Assembly (NCBI GenBank): GCA_035530395.1
Contig: DATKUX010000074.1
Location: forward strand, 1 to 61,206
DNA: 61,206 nt
Source of the DNA: Spirochaetia bacterium
Lineage (GTDB): Bacteria; Bacillota; Desulfotomaculia; Desulfotomaculales; JAJYZD01
Reading direction: 5' to 3'
In this document: positions 56,281 to 61,206 of the stretch, one piece after another
Layout of the letters: each line of letters begins with the position of its first letter
How positions within the stretch are numbered: the first letter of the stretch is position 1
Translations under genes and position numbers: made by a program
Notes under the pieces: generated by a model
What the model saw: the letters and a program-made list of their open reading frames with translations, nothing else
Database searches by the model: none
Told to the model about the DNA's origin: nothing

Positions 56281-56741
56281 CAACGTATGTCCCGCTGTTA
56301 TTCGAAAACGAATGGCGATGGAAAGATGCTTCGTCGGGGATGTCTTTCGTCATCCGGCAAGGTTGACATTGGTCGCGCATGCCATACAGCGGGATCGTTC
56401 CCCGGAGGAACCTTATCACGTTGAAGCTGATCACCCCCCTACGAGCACCCGCCCTGCTGGCCACCATGCACACGGTAGGCCATAATTGATTCAGCCAAAA
56501 ATGGGGGCTTGTGACGCGTTGGGCAAATCCAACGTGGGGCCTGTCTGCCTCTTTTGAGGTTCACTACCCCCGGGCCCAGGAAGGCCATACCACATTCGGA
56601 CACATAGGGGCCGATTCCTGCCGTCCTTTGTAAGGCAGAGAACCGTTAGTATTGCCATATGAAAGAAACAGGGGGGTACCTGTCTTGCGGGTGCCCCCCG
56701 ATACATTTTTCCTGTAGTCCGGTTGCCCCGCCCCGGTAGGC

Positions 56742-57092
56742 TTACTCGGTCTCCTTTTGCTGCTTCCCGAACCTGGCCAGGACTTCGGGAACGACCTCGG
56801 CCAGCTTTTCCAAGGTGCCCTTTTGAGCCAGGGAATAGACCTTTACCTCCCCTTCCTGGAGGACGACCAGCGCAACCGGCTTAATCCTACCCCCCGCCCC
56901 GCCACCGCTGCCCTTACCGCCGCATTTGGCCGTGTCGTTGTTTTCCCCGCTGCCAAGACCAAAGCCGAACGCGGCCGACATAACCGGAATAATGGTAACA
57001 TTGCCGCTGACTATGGGCTCGCCCACGATAGTCTTGGTGGTAATCAGGTTCTCCAACCTGGAAACCACGGCTTCGATATTTTCTTTGAACAT
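56742..57092 (-). CDS. ytfJ: sporulation protein YtfJ / GerW family
   Basis: ENIEAVVSRLENL...KTIVGEPIVSGNVTIIPVMSAAFGFGLGSGE...GGGAGG...PVALVVLQEGEVKV. Confidence 0.8.
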   Translation of the reverse strand: MFKENIEAVVSRLENLITTKTIVGEPIVSGNVTIIPVMSAAFGFGLGSGENNDTAKCGGKGSGGGAGGRIKPVALVVLQEGEVKVYSLAQKGTLEKLAEVVPEVLARFGKQQKETE

Positions 57093-57182
57093 CCTACAGC
57101 CCCCTACGCGTTATGGACTTTCACCCGGTAATTATCAGGTGCCGGGCCACCCTTCTCCGCTCCAGTCCGCTGTCTGGTTCCT

Positions 57183-57554
57183 CTAACGGTTATGGTTGTG
57201 GCCAAAGGCATGACCGTGGTCCTGTGCACCGATTTTGGCCAGCAGTTCGGGTACAACCTCGGCAAGTCTTTCCAGAACGCCCTTTTGGGCCAGGGAATAT
57301 ACTTTAAGATCCCCTTCCTGAAGGACGACCAGCGCCACCGGCTTCAGGCCGCCTCCAGCCCCGCCGCCGCTGCCCTTGCCGCCGCCTTTAATAGTGTCGG
57401 GGCCTTCGCCGCTGCCGAGCCCGAAACCGAAACCGGCCGCCATTACGGGAATGATAGTGACGTTGCCGCTTACAATGGGATCACCCACAATGGTCTTGGT
57501 GGTAATCAGGTTCTCCAACTTGGACACCATGGCCTCGATGTTTTCTTTAAACAA
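57183..57554 (-). CDS. ytfJ: sporulation protein YtfJ / GerW family (tandem paralogue)
   Basis: Same motifs as 56742-57092, with a His-rich C-terminus. Confidence 0.8.
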   Translation of the reverse strand: MFKENIEAMVSKLENLITTKTIVGDPIVSGNVTIIPVMAAGFGFGLGSGEGPDTIKGGGKGSGGGAGGGLKPVALVVLQEGDLKVYSLAQKGVLERLAEVVPELLAKIGAQDHGHAFGHNHNR

Positions 57555-57556
57555 AC

Positions 57557-58213
57557 TTAAAACCCCCCTTGTGATTTAGAATTTCGTGTTCCAATCTTCG
57601 GCCACCAGAGCTTCCGCACGGGACGTATTAGCAGGAAGCCTCCGGTTAACCACATGAATCTCGCAGGGACCAGACGGCCGCGCAACTCTCCACTGATGTC
57701 CAGGTAGGGCTCGCCAAAGACCGGGCACAAATACAATTCCACCGGGCCGCCACCCAACGTGGCCAAAAAACCGCTGAGACAACCGGTCAGGGCCGGGTCC
57801 CCTGTTCCATACTCCCCTTCCAAGCGCAGACTGAGCTTAAGAGATTGAAGGACCGAACGGGCATAAGAGATTCCTCTCCACCATACCTCGCTGTTTAAGA
57901 CGAGTTCCAGCCACTTATCCCGGGACCGGTTCCGCCGGCCCCCCTGTTTGTTCTTTTCCGTCCGCTTGTGGGCAGGCGGGTCTTTGGGCTTGCGCTGGAG
58001 CAGAAACCACGGTAGACCAGCCAACCGCAGTGACAGATCGGGTTTGCGCCCGGCCATGGCCACCCTGGCACGGATCAGCCCACCGACCAAAGCCAGTTCC
58101 ATCTCGCCGAGCAGGCTTTCGGTCAAGTGGACCCGCCCGTAAAAGGCAACGGGCAGACTCAGCACGCCCAGCAGGACAAGGAGAATGCTTACTATGGCCG
58201 CCAGGACGATCAC
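57557..58213 (-). CDS. ytfI: DUF2953 (YtfI-like) sporulation membrane protein
   Basis: GTG 58213 after GGAAGGGGGG, overlapping the anti-sigma stop (GTGA). N-terminal TM segment. GEYGTGDPALTGCLSGFL region. Sits upstream of ytfJ as in B. subtilis ytfIJ. Confidence 0.6.
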   Translation of the reverse strand: MIVLAAIVSILLVLLGVLSLPVAFYGRVHLTESLLGEMELALVGGLIRARVAMAGRKPDLSLRLAGLPWFLLQRKPKDPPAHKRTEKNKQGGRRNRSRDKWLELVLNSEVWWRGISYARSVLQSLKLSLRLEGEYGTGDPALTGCLSGFLATLGGGPVELYLCPVFGEPYLDISGELRGRLVPARFMWLTGGFLLIRPVRKLWWPKIGTRNSKSQGGF

Positions 58214-58665
58214 CGGGAAGGTCCCCCCTTCCCTACCTGATAACCTTGTTTGCGCAACAAGCGCCCGGTCGTACTCACCAGACCGAACAACAATCCAGGC
58301 AGTCCCCTTCCGGCGGCCTTGGCCAGGTTGACAGCTCCCGCGGTGCCGGGGAGGTAAGCGGATGCCAGGCTGACGGGTTGCCAGGCCAGTCTCTGGCTCT
58401 CCCAGAAGCCTAGTCTCTCTTCCGGCAGGGTGCTGTGATCCGTCATGGCAGCCGCGATGACCTGCTGACGGAGATAGGGCCACTCAGGCGGCAGGGGAGC
58501 TTCTTCCTTCTCGGTCAATTCCAGCCACAGGAGTTTCAAGCGGGACAACTCCCGGCGGCAGGCCCGGCATGCGGTCAAGTGTTTTCCGATTTCCTGGACC
58601 GTCCCCCCTTCGAGTTCGCCGTCAAGATAGGCCTGCAGGAGCTCATGGTCACATTCCACTGTCAT
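58210..58665 (-). CDS. anti-sigma factor with zf-HC2 domain
   Basis: H-x3-C-x2-C motif (HLTACRACRREL). Overlaps the ECF sigma gene by 17 nt. Confidence 0.75.
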   Translation of the reverse strand: MTVECDHELLQAYLDGELEGGTVQEIGKHLTACRACRRELSRLKLLWLELTEKEEAPLPPEWPYLRQQVIAAAMTDHSTLPEERLGFWESQRLAWQPVSLASAYLPGTAGAVNLAKAAGRGLPGLLFGLVSTTGRLLRKQGYQVGKGGPSR

Positions 58666-59239
58666 TCACCTCCCAGCCGTACGCATCGGCAAGCCACTCG
58701 CGCAGCATTTTTCGGGCTCGGGAAAGGTAGGTTTTGACCGTCCCCAGGGGTAGGCCGGTGGTTGTAGCGATTTCCTGGTAGCTCATCTCTTCCTGGTGGC
58801 GCAGGGTCATCACCAGCCAGAACAAGGGAGGCAACCGGCCCATGACATCCCGGAGCATCCGCCGTGTTTCCACCCATTGGACGTACGTTAGAGGATCGCT
58901 CCCCGGGGCGCGGAGGCTGTCGCCCAGAGTAAAATCATTACCAATTGGGTGATCGAGGGAGAGTATGTCCGGAGTAACCCGGCGCAGGAAGTTGAGACAA
59001 ACATTGAGCGCTATCCGGCGCAGCCAGGGTTTGAAAGGGAGGTTTAGTTGAAAGTCTCCCAAACCGGCGAAAACCTTGATCCAAGCCTCCTGGGCGAGTT
59101 CGACGGCATCTTCCCGCCGGCCGGTGAGCCGGTAACAGAGGCTGTAAACGTAGCCTTCGTACCGGGAGAGCAACAGACGGTAGGCGTCTTCCTGTCCGTC
59201 CCTGCAGTTCAGAACCAATTGGCGGTCGTCGACTTCCAA
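58649..59239 (-). CDS. ECF-subfamily RNA polymerase sigma-70 factor
   Basis: Region 2 (YRLLLSRYEGYVYSLCYRLTGRREDAVELAQEAWIKVF) and region 4 (MSYQEIATTTGLPLGTVKTYLSRARKML). Confidence 0.85.
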   Translation of the reverse strand: MEVDDRQLVLNCRDGQEDAYRLLLSRYEGYVYSLCYRLTGRREDAVELAQEAWIKVFAGLGDFQLNLPFKPWLRRIALNVCLNFLRRVTPDILSLDHPIGNDFTLGDSLRAPGSDPLTYVQWVETRRMLRDVMGRLPPLFWLVMTLRHQEEMSYQEIATTTGLPLGTVKTYLSRARKMLREWLADAYGWEVNDSGM

Positions 59240-59476
59240 AGGATCCTCCCCTTTCTCAGCGCTCCCCCACTTGCCTCATACACCATTCTGCGCAAAAGGT
59301 TTCAGCATTGTATATAACTTGCCCTGCATCCAGGGAAAAAAAGGCGCGGCCAAGCGCCCGAAGGAGTCACACAGCCCTCTTGACAGACAACCGCTGGACT
59401 GGATGTCGTCTGCCCGGGTGTTCCGTGGCGCCGTTTAGCGGGATGCGCATCTATTGACGACTTGTCCTACATCGCC

Positions 59477-60163
59477 TTATGGGCGAAGGGGAGACTTATT
59501 CATATTAGCCAGCCTATTTTTGGTATTTCCTGAGAGTATCGTATTGACTAACTTTCCAGCCTGAACCACGCTTTTACCCTTAGCCCAGCCTTCCGCCTTG
59601 GCGTCGGCCATCTTGGAAATCTCGTTCGGTTGACCGCGTTCGCGTCGAAAGGCTCTATATATAAACCGAATCGCGTTTGCAACCAATTACTGGTGTGATG
59701 AAAACGCCTTGTGAGCCGCCTTGCACCACACATGCTTATCAATGGCTGCTTATGCGAATTTATCTCGGTGTCAGAAATAATTTTCTGCATGCCACACATC
59801 CTTTCCTTTTCGCTCAGCCCGGCGCTATGCGCCATTTTGTTGAATTTTATGAGTACCAGTATGGCAGTACGGCCAAGCGTTTCGTTGGCTGGGCCTACAG
59901 ACTGGAAATTCGCAGCCATATCACCTAAACCGATAATACGAAGGAACTCAGGTATGGGAGTGCCATTGAGTACCATCGGAATAATAAACATATTGAGGAA
60001 GGTGCTCCACAAGGTGATAAGTCACCACTTTGTCTGCACATTCATCCAGCAGGGGGATTGGTTCAAATCCCAAATTGCAAATAATATCCGCCTGCGACAA
60101 AGGAGATATGTCAATTCCAATATCTCCTCGCTTCATATTACCACAACCCAAATCAATAATCAT
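59477..60163 (-). pseudogene. AT-rich SAM-methyltransferase gene, apparently frameshifted
   Basis: ORF 59948-60163 begins MIIDLGCGNMKRGDIGIDIS...VVTYHLVEHLP (motif I to post-II) and then stops. Downstream coding potential continues in two other frames (59548-60012, 59477-59686). Confidence 0.35.
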
Positions 60164-60228
60164 AAATATGCCTACAATGAATTTTATCTATGTGAGGAAT
60201 GGATATCGATAACCCATTTCGAATGAAA

Positions 60229-60345
60229 CCATGGCTCCCGGGTCAGCTCGACGGCCTCTTCCCGCCGGCCGGTTAGGCGGTAACAGAGACTGTACAGGTA
60301 GGCTTCGTACCGGGAGAGCAACAGACGGTAGGGACGCAAGTTTTC
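60229..60345 (-). pseudogene. remnant of a second ECF sigma gene (region 2 only)
   Basis: YRLLLSRYEAYLYSLCYRLTGRREEAVELTREPW. The DNA at ~60240-60330 is about 85% identical by eye to 59095-59190. Confidence 0.6.
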
Positions 60346-60421
60346 CCATGCCTGGAGCGCTGTGGCAAGAGATCCGTATCCATGATGGTGATCCGATTCC
60401 AAATGCGTTTCCCCTACCGAT

Positions 60422-61206
60422 TCATCCGGTACCGCCGCCTTTTACGAGATGGGACTCGTGTTGAGCCATTTTGTATTTCAGTTGTTGTCCCAAAAGGAAG
60501 AGCGCGGTCTGCGCCGGGGGGGCAAGGCTGTTGCGGGGCTTTCCGGCAGCCCTGGCCTTAGCATAATCGCTGAATATGGTATTCAGTTCGTCCCAAGCGA
60601 GATGGAGCAATCTTGAAAGCGTATTATTTTCATGCACTCGGTAGGCCATAAGGGGTTCATCCAAGAAGCACGGCTCCGTTTCGAGAAGGACCCTTAGAAG
60701 GTAGTCCCAATCATGAACGATCTTATAGTCACGGAATAGCCCCACCTTATCAATTATAGATCTTTTCATTAAAAAGTTACTTGTAGTAACTGCAAGATTA
60801 TATTTCAAGAGAGAGAAGGCTAAACTGGGAAAGTGCCCCCGCCCTTCATATACCGATAGATACGTAGACCTGATTTCCCGATTTCTATCAAGGTAAGTGC
60901 CATCTGACGAAACATGATCAACTTTGGAGAAAGCAAACTCGCAATGGTTAAGTGTCGCCCATGTCAATAGCTTTTCTAGTCGGCGAGGATAATAAAAATC
61001 GTCTGAATTAAGAATTGCTACATATTCACCTCTTGCCATTGATATTCCACGATTAATGGTATTGTGTGCGCCACAATTGTCTTGCAGAAACAGCTGTGCG
61101 TTTAGGGTGTGGATATCTTTGAGCACGTTTTCTATTACGGAGGGGCTACCATCACTGGATCCATCGTCAATAACAATTAATTCTATGTTCTTATAGGTTT
61201 GATCAT
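60422..61206 (-). CDS. family-2 glycosyltransferase (N-terminus beyond window edge), AT-rich
   Basis: The frame stays open to the window end: ...DQTYKNIELIVIDDGSSDGS...CGAHNTINRGISMARGEYVAILNSDDFY (GT2 DxD). Confidence 0.8.
   Translation of the reverse strand, partial: DQTYKNIELIVIDDGSSDGSPSVIENVLKDIHTLNAQLFLQDNCGAHNTINRGISMARGEYVAILNSDDFYYPRRLEKLLTWATLNHCEFAFSKVDHVSSDGTYLDRNREIRSTYLSVYEGRGHFPSLAFSLLKYNLAVTTSNFLMKRSIIDKVGLFRDYKIVHDWDYLLRVLLETEPCFLDEPLMAYRVHENNTLSRLLHLAWDELNTIFSDYAKARAAGKPRNSLAPPAQTALFLLGQQLKYKMAQHESHLVKGGGTG

Noticed and set aside
56281-56741. Possible transposase remnant (frames reading ...MAMERCF..., ...IPLYGMRDQC...)
   Set aside because: The similarity to IS4/IS5 C-terminal motifs is too weak to support without a database search.

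Overview
61.2-kb chromosomal window from a high-GC, endospore-forming Firmicute (Clostridia-like, judged from sporulation genes pdaA, sleB, ytfI/ytfJ, GC-rich codon usage and strong GGAGG ribosome-binding sites). The backbone carries housekeeping and accessory genes. These include an RND efflux pair, cobK/cbiC, an SLT transglycosylase, malQ plus a GH57 glucan enzyme, and a minus-strand operon of Nudix, DegT, DUF362 and DUF3786 genes. They also include comEB, adk, an MTAP-like phosphorylase, a PAS-GGDEF protein, a nitroreductase, glycosyltransferases and methyltransferases, and an ECF sigma / anti-sigma / ytfI / ytfJ / ytfJ operon. Decay and mobility signatures are frequent: hcp is broken by a truncated IS200/IS605-type tnpB remnant plus a frameshift, brnT is decayed next to an intact brnA, an MntA-HepT pair reads as one fused ORF across a G9 tract, and there is a remnant of a second ECF sigma gene. 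An AT-rich ~4-kb islet abuts tRNA-Pro(CGG) and carries a MazG-like pyrophosphatase plus a DUF2075 nuclease-helicase, which makes it a candidate defence module. The most unusual region is ~33.9-48.4 kb. It holds five paralogous cysteine-rich proteins with no signal peptide (about 10% Cys in the four tandem copies). Four of these lie in tandem modules, and three of the modules carry two small HMA-fold proteins that lack the CxxC metal site. The paralogues sit behind near-consensus SigK-type promoters (AC-N17-CATAnnnTA). The same region also encodes two TPR-GT2 glycosyltransferases, two duplicated secreted CAP-domain proteins and an apparently catalytically dead amidase-like protein. I do not recognise the Cys-rich family. 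I interpret the locus as a candidate undescribed late-mother-cell, spore-surface (coat, exosporium or appendage) assembly system. All calls come from reading the sequence and ORF translations only; no database search was possible.
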